Source of the DNA: Mobula birostris
Lineage: Eukaryota
Direction: 5' to 3'
DNA: 64,000 bases
Assembly: GCF_030028105.1 (NCBI RefSeq)
Contig: NC_092374.1
Coordinates: forward strand, 178,646,057 to 178,710,056
Shown here in pieces: positions 35,920 to 48,379 of this stretch. Every line of letters starts with the position of its first letter. Position 1 is the stretch's first letter. The notes under the pieces are model-generated. The model was not told the origin of the DNA. It did no database searches and worked only from the letters and a program-made list of their open reading frames with translations. The position numbers and the translations under genes were made by a program.

Positions 35920-36312
35920 CAGGCCTGTCATGGTTTGGAGGCTTGTGTGCCTCATTCATCTGGAGGACTGTTGGCTGGAGTCAGGGCTTTATGTTTTTGT
36001 TCTTGGTAGGGTCATCCATGCCGAACAGGTCAAAGGGTAGAGGACAGACTAAGCATTGTCCACCAGTCCTCCAGGTTCAGTGTTCAGCTCTGGGCTAATA
36101 CACCTGACTGGTAGCACAAACTTGTTATAGAAAGAGCAACTAAGAATCCTTCTGCATCTAAGTGTAATGGTTCACCCAGGACTTCAATGACTGACAGTAG
36201 TGAAAACTGAGAAGAAGCTACTGTCACGATGAAGGGAGCCTTGAATACCACCAGCGATGGAGGATCTTCATTGCTGCCCTAAATGCAAGCAGTGTAACAG
36301 GCTGTAAGCTAA
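35920..36312 (+). mobile_element. Internally deleted RTE-clade element (5' UTR fused to 3' end)
   Basis: 5' part cttggtagggtcatccatgcc..caggtcaaagggtag..cagactaag resembles RTE 5' UTRs; 3' part reads WRIFIAALNAS with a gtaa-type tail. Confidence 0.55.
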
Positions 36313-36379
36313 GGGGTCACAGAGTTTTCAATAGAGACACAATGAGGAGAGAGGAAGTGGAAGGGTCTCATGAGGTGCC

Positions 36380-36750
36380 TGCTGCAGAAAAATCAGACTT
36401 GCATGATTTTCCTGTAACTCCTGGGTGTCCAGGTTTCCTTCCCCACCCCAATGGTGCATAGATGGTGCATTAATTGGCAGCTGTAACTTGCCCCTAGTGT
36501 GTGAGTCAGGGGTAGAATCTGGAGTTGATGGAGAAGATGATAAGAATCTGGAGTGAATAAAATAACAACCTGCAGCAGCTAATTTACCTCCTGATCTGCC
36601 ATGTCTTTGGGATGAGGGATGAGCACCCAGCAGATACCCATGGAGTCACAGGAGAAACATGCAAACTGCACACAGATATCACCCAAAATCAGAACTGAAC
36701 CTGTGTCTACAGTTAAGCTGCAGGGCTACCAGCTGCACCACTCCGCTGGT
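36380..36750. mobile_element. Tail-to-tail pair of degenerate V-SINEs (+ then -)
   Basis: V-core remnants ggtttcctt...cattaattggc...gtaacttgcccctagtg and the reverse-complement gcaaactgcacacaga. Confidence 0.6.
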
Positions 36751-36844
36751 AGTGCCTTAAGGGAAGAATAACAGACGAAAGCCCAATGATCCATCAATCT
36801 GAAGCCCTGCCTCCTACACCAAATCCTTAGCCGCAACTGTATAA

Positions 36845-38825
36845 TCTTTCTTTCTTTCTTTTCAAATCTTTTTATCATGATTATCCAAAATTAACAAGAG
36901 TACATCGAAGTAGGCAACACTTATAATGTCTCAAGAGAAAAATATTGTTTTAAAGATTGAAAAAAATCTGGTGACAAGAAAAAGAGGAAAAAATAAACCC
37001 TACTAAAGCAAAGAAAAGTGAGAAAAAGAAACACCATTAGGTGTTCAACCCTGGAGCCATGCGTCATACAAAAAGCTTCTAAAGATAAACATCAAACCGC
37101 CAGCAAGAAAAAATAATGTACCAAAAATTTACAATTAGATCGTGGAGGAAATCTATCAATGAACTCAAATGATAGTAACGAGCAAATGAACTCCATCTTT
37201 TCTCAAAATCAAACATAGGTTCAAAGGTTTGACTTCTAATTTTCTCCAAACCAAGACATAGCATCACTTGAGAGAACCATTGTGACAAAATGGGAGCCAA
37301 CGTATCCTTCCACTTCAAAAAAATGGCCCTCCTAGCTACCAATGTACCAAATGCAATAACATGTTTGGTTGCTGATATTTTGAGGAAGTATTCCAAAAAG
37401 CACAGTTAATTTGTTAGGTTGTAAATTAAGTTTAAGTGCTTTAGAAATTGTAGGAAAAACTGACTTCCAGAACTGTTCCAGTATGGAATAAGATCAAAAC
37501 ATGTGTGTCAGTATAGCTGTCTCAGTTTTACATCTATCGCAATAACTATCAACATTAGGAAACATTTTACACAATCTCTCATTCATCAAATAGTAACGAT
37601 GTACAATTTAAAATCGAATCAGTGAATGACTAGCACAGATCAAAGAAGAGTTAACCAACTTCAGAACCCGTGTCCAGACCTCTGTCATAAAAGTCAAATT
37701 AAGTTCCTTTTCCCAATCTTCTTTAATCTTAAATAAAGGACACTTATCCCATTGTAATATTAAATTATAAATTCTTCCAATGGAACCCTTCATCAAAGGG
37801 TTCTTACTCCTAATAGTGTCTAACAAGTCGGCATCCAATATATATGGAAAATTACTTAAATATTTTTGTAAGAAATGTCTAACTTAAAGGTATTGTAAAA
37901 AGTGTGAGTATGAAAGAGAATATTTATCAAGTAACCGTTCAAAAGACATCAGTCTATCTGTTTTAAATAAATCCGAGAAAGAATGAATACCTTTATTTTT
38001 CTAAACTAAAAAAATGGGTCACTCAAAGAAGGCTTAAAAAAATAATTACGATAAATTAAACTACAAAGTTTAAATTGTTTAAAATTTTTTAAAAATATGG
38101 AACTGGAGCCAAGTTTGTAAAGAGTGCTTAATCACAGGGTCTACATTTAAATTAGCAACTTTAGCTAATTGTATAGGTAAAGCAGCTCCCAATAACAAGG
38201 TTAAATAAAACTGTTTCATAGCTTTCAGTTCCTAGTCTAGTCAAATTGGCCGATCTTTCTTATCAACCCAATGTAACCAAAAGGACATATATCGCACATT
38301 AACAGCCCAGTAATACATTCTTAAATTAGGCAAAGCAAGACCTCCATCCTGTTTCAAATTTTGTAAGTGACATTCACTAACTCTTGGTCTTTCATTATTC
38401 CAAATAAAAGATAGAATCAATCCGATCAAAAAACTTCTTAGTCAGAAAAACAGGGATATTCTGAAATAAATATAAAAATTTTGGTAAAATCATTATTTTG
38501 ACTATATGGATGTGACCAGCAAGTGAAAATGTAAGTGGGCTCCATCTACTAAATAAATACTTCATCGAATCTACCAAGGGAAAAAAAGTAGCTTTACAAA
38601 GATCCTTATATGTTTCAGTGATTATATCACCTAAATATCTAAAGGAATCTGACTTTGAAAGGAGTATCATCATATATAGAAACAGATTCATTTAAAGGAA
38701 ACAGTTCACTTTTACTGAAATTTATTTCCTATCCTGAAAAATCTCCAAATTCATTAAATAAGTTTAGCAAGGCAGGAATAGATTCTTCGGGATTGGATAT
38801 ATAAACCAGTAAATCATCAGCGTAA
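36845..38825 (-). mobile_element. 5'-truncated fish-type L1, ORF2 C-terminal half
   Basis: YADD at about 38820, ILPKFLYLFQ, ICASHSLI, ARRAIFLKWK..AP...W..LEKI; (GAAA)n tail at 36845-36862. Confidence 0.9.
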
Positions 38826-39049
38826 CTATATGTTATAATTATGTGGGTTTTTTCAGTTTTTCAGTCTTGTTCTCTCCTGTGTTTCTGTGATATCACACCG
38901 GAGAAATATTGTATCATTTCTTAATGCATGCATTACTAAATGACAATAAAAGGGGACTGCGTGTCCTCATAATCTAATCTGATCTAATCCAAAATCGGTC
39001 AAAAAAGAGTGAATGAATGGCGCGGAACGATTTGGAAGTCGCTGATGGG

Positions 39050-40070
39050 TTGAGCTCTTGTCGATCAAAGGATTTTAACAACAGTAAAAATTGAGAGCTT
39101 CCTACTTCTAGCCTCACTGGCATGTGGTACGTAGCAATCCTGAGATCACAACTTTGGAGGTCCTGCCCTTTAATTTAGCACCTAACTCCTTGAACTCCTT
39201 TCTATTTCTCTAACTAACAAATCCACTATCACCACTGCTCACCTCTTTTTCCCCATTCTCTTATGAATCACAGAGCCAGACTAAGTGCCAGAGACCTGAC
39301 CACTGTGACTTTCCTCTACCTGGTCATTCCACCACCACCCCCGCCCCCGAAATATCCAAATTGATATTCCTGTTGTTGAGAGAGATGGCCACAGGGGTAC
39401 TCTGCACTATCTGTTTAATCCCATTCCCTTCCTGACCGTCATCCAATTTCCTGTGTCCTGTGCCTTTGGTGTAACTACCTCTCTATATTTTCTATCTATC
39501 ACCCTCTCAGCTTCCTGATTGATCTGGAGTTCATCTAGTTCCAGCCTCAATTCATTAACGTGGATCGTTAAAAGCTGCAGCTGGATGCACTTCTCATTAG
39601 GGATACTGGAGGTCACCCTGCCTTCCCACATCCCACAAGAGGAGCATTCCACTATCCTGCCTGTCATCCCTACTATTTTAAATAAAAAGAAGGGAAGAAC
39701 AATAAACTGTTGGGAAAATATCTACCTACAGCTTTTCGCTTTCTCTCACTGAAGCTTCGAAGCTAAAACCTCAAAATCCTCACTCCGACTATCCACTCAA
39801 ATGATGGCTACTCCACTTGCCCCTGCCTTCATTTAATTTGTTCTTGCCAATCAATGCTGATCGCTGATTGGCCATTGCTTAAAACCCCAAACTGCCACGT
39901 GTCAATGCCCTATATATTCAATCAGCAAACCTGAGTGAGCTACGTCTTCTCATGCTTTGGATCTCTGTTTTTCCATTGCTCAAAACACCAAACTGCCGCG
40001 TGTCAATGCCTGATATACTGAATTGGCAAAGTTAAGACAGCTACATCTTCTCAGGCTTGGTACCTCTGCT
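39050..40070 (-). mobile_element. CR1 5' UTR and internally deleted ORF1
   Basis: ORF 39407..39667 VECSSCGMWE...KCIQLQLL (zinc finger/leucine zipper), then KELGAKLKGRTSKVVISGLL; about 100-bp tandem duplication in the UTR (39880-40070). Confidence 0.8.
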
Positions 40071-40329
40071 GGAAATATTTGAGATCGCTCAGTACCTGTG
40101 GAGAAAGAAAAGATGTTTAGTTTCAGTAGAGCTGAAACAGGAGAGGAAAGTTAGGGTTAGAAAGATAAAGCACAGTAGGGACAAAGCTACTGACCCTTGA
40201 ATCTCACACTGACAATTGGTTAAAAAGCTTGATAGATCTTCTGTGCTTTGATCTCCGGTGGTAAAGAAAATTAGAGGGGGAAGGCTCGGGCAAAGAGTGA
40301 AAAAATAGAGAATATTGAGAGAGTGGAGA

Positions 40330-40716
40330 TGAATAGAGAGGATATAAGACCATAGATATAGAAACAAAATTAGTCTATTTTGCCCTTCTGGTCTGCTCCA
40401 TCATTAAATTATGGCTGATTATTTTCTGAACTCCATTCACCATTCTTCCACCCAAAACCCTTCACCCCCTTACCAATCGAGGACCTATCAATCTCTGCCT
40501 TAAATACCCAAACAACTTGGCTTTCACAGCCCTCAGTGGGAACAAATTCCACGGATTCAGGCTGAATAAATTCCTCCTCATTCCAGTATTAAAAAGAAGT
40601 CCCTTTATTCTGGTGTGCCTTCAGATCCTAGACTCTCCTGCTGATAAAATTATCCTCCCCATGTTCACTCAATCCAGACCTTTCAGTATTGAGCAGATTT
40701 CAATGAGATCCCCCTG
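40330..40716 (-). mobile_element. Old CR1 3' fragment
   Basis: GDLIEIC..LKGLD remnant plus 3' UTR on the minus strand. Confidence 0.7.
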
Positions 40717-41349
40717 ACAGAGTGGACGGACAGGTAAATATGGGTATAGACTAAGAACAATGATTAGCTAATGATCAATCACCTTAGGAGGACCTTTGCT
40801 TACTGTTGTTGGGCAAGTCAGAAAGAAACCCTACCCAGCAACAGTTGACGTATTAGACATTGTCCTCTATCTGACCATACAGAAGGGACATCTCAAGGTA
40901 TAACTAAATATGGGAAGGATAGCGTAGGGGATAGAATGTTTGAGAGAAAGGGGAAGGTGTCAATATAAGGAACTAATGTTGTATCCAGGCTAGCTGTGGC
41001 AGAAAATAATTATAACTAACCAATGATGATTTTACATCTAATACGATATTAACATGTGATCGAAAGTATTCTAAAACTGTCTTAACAGGGTGTAATTCAG
41101 AGGAACACTACTGCATTTCTCAAAATTAGAAAAGTAAGTTCAGTATATGCAGTACTACAAGTACCACATTAAATGAGGAGGGTAGGGAACAGCCCCTTCA
41201 AACAGGTAAAGAGAGGCTGCATCCTCATACACACCATATACTTGTGACACATGGTCTCTTTCAGCCCACTGAAGTGACAAGCAGCTGGGAAACTTATTAC
41301 AGAGCTCTCTGTGTCAACATTGGAATATTGCTTTTGTTCCTGACTGGGG

Positions 41350-41419
41350 ATGGAAAACATCATGGTCTTTGGGCTCTTGTTAGTGGTGGAAGGTAGTGCT
41401 GTTGTTCTAGAGGGAGAGG
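41350..41419 (+). CDS. Possible signal-peptide exon MENIMVFGLLLVVEGSAVVLEGE of an unrelated gene (tentative)
   Basis: gggATGG start, hydrophobic stretch, phase-1 donor GAGG|GTGAGC; no homolog in the window. Confidence 0.2.
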
Positions 41420-44089
41420 GTGAGCACAACACAGTGAATTTCTGGATGTGCCAGGGAACTGCTTTCTCTTCCTCAAGGAAGAAATAAAATCAAGGTTCCC
41501 CCCCCCCGCCATAAAAACAGGAAATTTCATATTGTACTGTCTTCACATATATTTTCTTGCAGCACAGGGTAGTCGAGGCCTCTGGGTGAGGACATTCAGG
41601 ACATGGTTCTGCACCTAATTTTGTGCAACAACAAAGACTCCAGAGTTAGGGGTATGGAAGGAAACGGACAGTTGACATATCAAGTCAAAATCCTTCATCT
41701 GGATTTGATCCAAAATGTTTAATCTCCATTTCCTTCCACAGACACAGCTTAACACTATGAGCTCCCCAAGGAGTTTGGGTGTGGCTCCAGTTTGCAGCAT
41801 CTGCAGTCTCTTCTGTCCCCCCAGGTAGGGATCTGTTGTCTGAGACTCAGAGTTACATTTGCTGTGAACTACCCACTGCACCCCAGTCCAACTCCAGCTG
41901 AGTAATGTTACACAGATCCTGCCTATTCCACAGAGCAGATGACGAAGAAGAATAGTTCTTAGTGTGTGCATGAGGAAATCAGAGCAAGTGATAGAGAAGT
42001 GTGATTGGATGGGCATGGGGCTGTGAAACCTGTGGAGGAATAGAGTTTAGGCTGTTTTGGAAGGCCTGGAATTTAGCAGCAGGAGTTTTGTGTTTAGACA
42101 AACAGCAGGGACTTAGATGTTAAAAGGAAAATCCTGAACCAAAGAAACACAGACCAGTGCACTGGGAAACAGACTGTCCTTGTTATTCTTCAGCCTGGTG
42201 CTACCGTGACTGAGAAGGGACAGCAATCAAAACACCTCATGAACCTATTTACTATCCTGATCTTCTAACCTGGCCTGAAAACAACTTCCACTAATGGCCT
42301 ATTTCCCCATAATCATTTTCCAGTTTAATCACATCAATGAGGACCACAGGGCAAACCTTTCCGATTTGGTTATGATTCCCAGAGATTCCTTCTTAAGGAT
42401 TTAATTCCCCTCCAACCCCGCTGATTATTTTTGATCTCAGCCTTTTACTTTAGACTATTTTGCTAATATCTTTCCTATCTACTGCATCCTGGACCCTTAC
42501 AGCTTTTCATATCTCCCTTCAATATCTTCTGCTCCCAAGAAGCAACTGCAACTGCTCAACTGTCCTCAAAAACAAAAGTACCCAGACTTTGCAGATCTCC
42601 CCTACACCCTCTCTTGTGCTATATCATCTTTGTAGTTCACGTAACATGTGCCAACTTTACTTGTTGGGCAGGACTCAGTGAGCCCCATGGAGCAGGTCCC
42701 ATACTATGGTTCATAGTTATGTTTGCAATAATTATTGGAGTGATGTAGAGGAGCAGTTTAGAGATAGCTAAGGCATTACTACAGGTGGGTAAACAGAGAT
42801 CCATTATCTAATCCTATTTTCTGTCACAGTACTGGACAACCAATCTCTTCTCATTTTTCCTTTGCAGATAGTGTTTGGCCCTAACTCAAGCGCAGCTTTG
42901 AACACAGGGTGGAGCCTCAGCCTGGTCCGGTTATGAATGGCCACATATTTCAGTAAACTTAGTGTTGTATCAGTGTGGAAACTGATTAGCTTAATCTTCT
43001 GCTGCTTTGCAATGCACCTTTTTACCAGTTTTAACTTTTTCTTACATCTCACTCAGAATTCAGGTTTCAGTGTTGTGGTGTGTTGAAATCTGAGCATCTC
43101 ATCCACAAGGTCTTACCTGAGATGAGTTGCTCTCCTCAACTTTCGCTAAAATATCAATATCATATATCAGACCATTGCTGTGATGGGCTGTGGCCAAGGA
43201 AAGTTAGTGGGACAGAGCAGAGAAAGCTTTTCTGGGCAATTGAAGGTACCTCACTGGAGGTGGGAATGCTGTGGACACTGGAGACCCGAAAGTAATTCTT
43301 TCCTTAATGGAGATTGGGAGGGTCCAACATTTAGCTTAAAGTATAATCAGGAGCCTCTGGCTAATGGAGTAATTTGGTTTGAAATTAGAGTTGGGAATAT
43401 CTGAGAATCATAAAATAATTGTAAATAGATACATAAATATGTGTGTGGCGACCTCGCTCTCTCCTTCTTGCTTCTCCCAAAGGAAGGTTCTTGTATTCTA
43501 ATGATCTATCTCTCTTCCTCAATGCCGTCAGAGGATGGTGCCAGAGCAAGATGAAATCAACACAGTTTGCGGATTGGACTCTAATTCACATGTGCTGTGT
43601 TTCTAGTTTTTCTGGTGGGTCATTTTTTTTGTTACTAGTTTGTGTGATAGTGGTGCATATACAATGCAGCAGCCTCTCGGGGGCCAACCAGAGGTGCTTT
43701 TATCTTTGTTAAATGTCTTTGCATACATAGTGAAACTGTTCTTGACTCCAACAACCACATGTACAGCAGGTCTACTGCATCAGTGAGCTGCTCATTGTCC
43801 GGAGTAGCTGGCTAGGGTGTTATAAGTGCCGGCTGGTGGTTCAGAGAAGGTGAGTCGGCCCATTGGGCTAAGGAAGTTAGGTCAGGCCGTTGGGCCAAGA
43901 GATCTCAGTCAGGTCGTCAGGCCAAGGGATTCGAGTGGAGCTGCAGGAGCTGGATTGGATTTGGGAGCGCTAAACTGGGTGCAGACCATGCTGCTGCTTG
44001 CTACTCGATGGCACCCAGGTTAGCTCTCGCGAACTGCTCTCCCGAATTTCACTACGGAGCATCTTCGCGTCATCCTGAAATTGGCTGGA

Positions 44090-44372
44090 CGGTTTGCAAC
44101 ATTTAGTCTGCTGAAAGAGAAATTTGAACTGCCTCATTCGCACTTTTTTCATTATTTACAAATTAGACACTACATTCAATCTAAGATTTGTAATTTTGAA
44201 ATCCTTCCAGGGAAACATATGTTTTTTTGATATTTTAAAGAACCCTCCTGACTCCAGGCATCTCGTTTCTAAGTTTGTACTTTTGTTTGATAATTGCACT
44301 GTAGTGTCTACTGTGAAGATTAGAGCTGCCTGGAGAGAGGAGTTGGGCATTGAATTATCTGAAGCTGCCTGA
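44090..44372 (+). mobile_element. L1 ORF2 C-terminal fragment inside an unclassified repeat
   Basis: FSLLKEKFELPHSHFFHYLQIRHYI...IRAAWREELG. Confidence 0.8.
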
Positions 44373-44894
44373 GGTAAGTGTTTGTCTATGATACAGGCTT
44401 GCTGAAACTGAAATACGTTTTTGATTCTGTGTTTTTTGCTTGTTTTGCTGCTGTTTGGGCTATCTGTTTTTGTTTTGCGCATGGGGGAGGGGACATTTCA
44501 TGTTATTTTCTCTTTGAATGTGTTCCATGGTTCTTCTTCGTTTCATGGCCGTCTGTGGGGAAGACGAATCTCAGGGTTGTATACTGCATACATACTTTGA
44601 TAATAAATGTACTTTGAATCTTTTGGAGTGGAAGGATGCGGATCATGTGAAGCCAAGTAGATTTAGTTTACTTTGGCATCATGGTCATCACAGACATTGT
44701 GGGCTGTAGAGCTTGTTTCTGTGCAGTACTGTTCTGTGTTCTAAAATCCAATACAATGAGCTGTAGTGCAGTTATTTCCGTGCATCATGTGTACCATTTG
44801 ATGTTACTGGGCAATCTACAATGATAGAGATTTGCCTTTGCTATTGCCTTGTGATATCACGGTTTGGTCGGGGGACCAGTCATTTGCTTGCTAC

Positions 44895-45130
44895 CTGAAG
44901 CTGGTGCCTCAGTACTCCAGTGATCCAGACTCAATCCTGATCTCCAGAATTGTCGGTGTGATTTTTTTCACATTGTCCCTGTGACTGCTCAGAGGTTCCA
45001 GTTCCTTCCTCTATCCCAAACTTTGGTCATTGTAAAGTTTCTCTGGTGTGTGCAGGAGAGCAGTAGAATCTGGGGGCAGCTGAGAAGTGTGAAGGAGAGT
45101 AAAATGGGATTATTGTGTACGGGGATGGAT
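44895..45130 (+). mobile_element. Degenerate V-SINE
   Basis: tRNA-like head gctggtgcctcagtactccagtgatcc and cacattgtccctgtgactgc core. Confidence 0.55.
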
Positions 45131-45789
45131 ACTCAGCACAGGCTATGCAGGCTGAAGAAAGTGTTTCTGTACCCTGATGCAGGGGATAGAACCCCATATG
45201 ACAAAGGGCCTGTCTTCACCTGATGCTTTTAAGAGTTGCTGCTCTGGTCCTTTGCCTTGTTCTGACTGAAACACAGGCTGTGATGGAGGGGAAAGAGCAG
45301 ACTGGAGACTGACCTGACTGTGCTGATTACCTCTACAGGCACGGGGAGTCCCAAGGGTTTGGGAAAATCCCTGTCCAGCTTCAGGTGACTAAAAAATGTA
45401 CTCTCAGCTCGCTGCAGGAATGCTTAAAGCAGACATGGCACCCCTGTGTTATTCAGTGCTACCTCCCTGTGTTTGCGAGGCACCTAGGGGAGAGTTATTG
45501 GGGAATATGCATGATCCCAGCACTGAATATGGTCCAGGGAGTGTCTGGGTTCAGTGAGTGCTTCAGTCCCACAGGTTGTTCTGAAACTTGAAGTAAGATC
45601 ACCAAGTGCTACAAGTAATTTTTTTATTATCCATGTGATTTCTGCATTTGATGATCTTTTCAGACATACAGCACATCCAAGCCTTTAACCCTTTCACTAT
45701 CGTGGGATGTCCAGGAAGTGTTTTACCATCCATAAATCCTGCTGGAGTGTAGCCAAGTTGTGAAGTTAGAATGGGGTATTCTATCTGTG

Positions 45790-45990
45790 AACAGTGAGAT
45801 CCCACCCAGAGCAATCAAATAATTACCAGACACTTCTTAGCCGTGGGCTGAGGGAAACATTGGCCTGAATGTGGTGACAGCCCTCCTGCTCTTTAAAACA
45901 TATCGTGGGATTTTCTACACCTGAGATGCAGAACAGGATTGGTCTAATGTTTTAACTGAAACACAACACCTTTGCCAGTATGGAAAACGT
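45790..45990 (+). mobile_element. Degenerate Deu-domain SINE
   Basis: gggctgagggaaacattggcc...ccctcctgctctttaaaacatatcgtgggattttctacacctgag resembles the Deu domain. Confidence 0.5.
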
Positions 45991-46029
45991 CTGAACTGCT
46001 CTCTGATCACGTAAAATTCCATCAACACC

Positions 46030-46430
46030 AAGACCCTGGCAAGGAACCTGTACTCTCTATGGAAGATGGGAGGTGACTTACTAATGGTGTATGAGAGGCA
46101 TCAATAGAGTGAAATTCCAGCAACTTTTTCCCAAGGTGGCAATGGCCAATACCAGGAGACATCAGTTTAAGGTGAATGGAGGGAAGTTTATGGGAGATGT
46201 CAAAAGTAGTTTTTCTGACAGTGAATGGTAGGTGTTTGGAATGCACTGCTGGGGGTGGTGGTAGATACTGATACAACAGGGATATTTAGAGGTCTCTTAG
46301 ATAGGCACGTGGATGTAACAAAAATAGAGGGTTTGATGCAGTGCTAGGAGGAAAGATTAAGATTAAAGATCACGCAATACATTTTTATTGGTCAAAACAA
46401 CATCATGGGCCAAAAGGACTGTCCTGTTCC
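46030..46430 (+). mobile_element. Old CR1 3' fragment
   Basis: GH.FKVNGGKF.GDV remnant. Confidence 0.7.
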
Positions 46431-46469
46431 CTGAAACACAAGTGTAGAAATATTGCTGAACTGCTCTCT

Positions 46470-47552
46470 GATAATTAACACAAAATAATCTGCAGATGCT
46501 GGGGTCAAAACAACACTCACAACACGCTGGAGAAACTCAGCTGGTCGGGCAGCATCCGTGGAAAAGATTGGTCGACATTTCGGGCTGGAACCCTTTGTCA
46601 GGACTGTAGGGGGAAGGAGCAGAGGCCCTAAAAAGAAGGTGGAGGGAGGGTGGGAAGGAGAAGGCTGGTAGGTTCCAGGTGAAAAACCAGTAAGGGGAAA
46701 GAGAAAGGGGTGGGGGAGCGGAGGCAGGGAGGTGATAGGCAGGGAAGGTGAAGAAAGAATAGGGGAAAACACAATGGGTAGTAGAAAGAGGCGGAAAGAT
46801 GAGGGAGGTGATAGGCAGCTGGGGGAGGGAGCAGAGTGACATAGGGATAGGGGAAGGGAGGGGGAGGGAATTACCGGAAGTTGGAGAATTCTATGTTCAT
46901 ACCAAGGGGCTGGAGACTACCCAGACTGTATATGAGGTGTTGCTCTTCCAACCTGAGTTTAGCCTCATCATGGCAGTAGAGGAGGCCATGTATGGACATA
47001 TCTGAATGGGAGTGGGAAGCAGAGTTGAAGTGGGTGGCTACTGGGAGATCCTGTCTGTTTTGGCAGACAGAGCAGAGGTGCTCGACGAAGCGGTCCCCCA
47101 ACCTGCGTCGGGTTTCACCGATGTAGAGGAGGCTGCACCGGGAGTACCAGATGCAATAGATGACCCCAACAGACTCAAAAGTGAAGTGTTGCCTCACCTG
47201 GAAGGATTGTTTGGGGCCCCGAATGGTGGCAAGAGAGGAGGTGTAGGGACAGGTGTAGTACCTGCGTTTACAGGGGTAAGTGCCAGGTGGGTGATCCGTG
47301 GGGAGGGACGTTTGGAGCAGGGAGTCGTGGATGGGGCTGATCCCCGCAGAAAGTGGAGAGGGGTGGAGAGGGAAAGATGTGCTTAGTGGTGGGGAGGATA
47401 ATGTGCTGGATCCGGAAGCTGGTGGGGTGGTAGGTGAGGACAAAGGGAACTCTGTCCCTGTTGTGGTGGTTGGAGGATGGGGTGAGAGCTGAAGTGAGGG
47501 AAATGGAGGAGATGTGAGTGAGGGCATCATTGATGACAGCAGAAGGGAAACT
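46470..47552 (-). mobile_element. Penelope element 3' part with GIY-YIG endonuclease
   Basis: ORF 46871..47569: VIYCI..SRCSLLYIGETRRRLGDRFVEHL...LEEQHLI. Confidence 0.92.
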
Positions 47553-47559
47553 CTCTGAT

Positions 47560-47790
47560 CATGCAGCATTCACTTAATACCATCTCTGACAATGCAACCC
47601 ATTCTCAGCACAGCATCCCCCCCCCAAGGGTGCAGACATGCAATGCTACAACATTGCCCCACTACCTAGTATTTGACCATGCACTGCTCTCTCTGCGCAA
47701 CAATGCAACTCACCAATGCCACAGTGCTCCCCCAGCACTGCACCTTTGACACTGCATCACTCTCTCAGCAATGGTCTTTCAGATAATTCA
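47560..47790. repeat. Diverged minisatellite, about 30-bp unit (tgacaatgca.cactctctcagcactgca)
   Basis: Motif recurs at 47587, 47674 and 47747. Confidence 0.45.
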
Positions 47791-48379
47791 CTTCTGAATG
47801 TGAATCAGTGTCATTGCTCCAATGGTGGGGTCCACCACTCCAGAAGTATAGTACTTCCCTGCAATTATCAATTTGGATTAGACCAGGTGAAAATGTGCTT
47901 CGATGGAATTAGTCCCAAATCTATGTAGCCAGACCAATCATCTCCCTGCAATCAAGGGGCAAAAAGCATTCTGATCCATCTGTGCATGTTCAAAGTCTTT
48001 GGAATTGATTTCTCAGCTCTTTTCTGTCTTCCCCAATCTATCTCTTCATGTTTCTATTTGTAACAGCACTTAGCCATAGACAGACTGGTCCTTCAGCCTG
48101 CTGAGTCTGTGCTAACCCATCTCCTACATTTCACTCTCTCCACATTTTCATGGACTCCTCCCCCTTTCCCCACATTTCATACTCACTCACACACTAGGAG
48201 GAACTTATAACTGTTTGCTAACTTAACAAGGAACATAAGGGAAATTTCTTAGACAGGGAAGGAAACAGGAAGATCTGGCGGAAACCAATGTGGTCACAGA
48301 GTTTGCGACTAAAGCACAATGAGGAGAGGAAGTTGAGTTACACAAGGTACCTGCTCCAGATAATTCAGAGTTGCTCATT

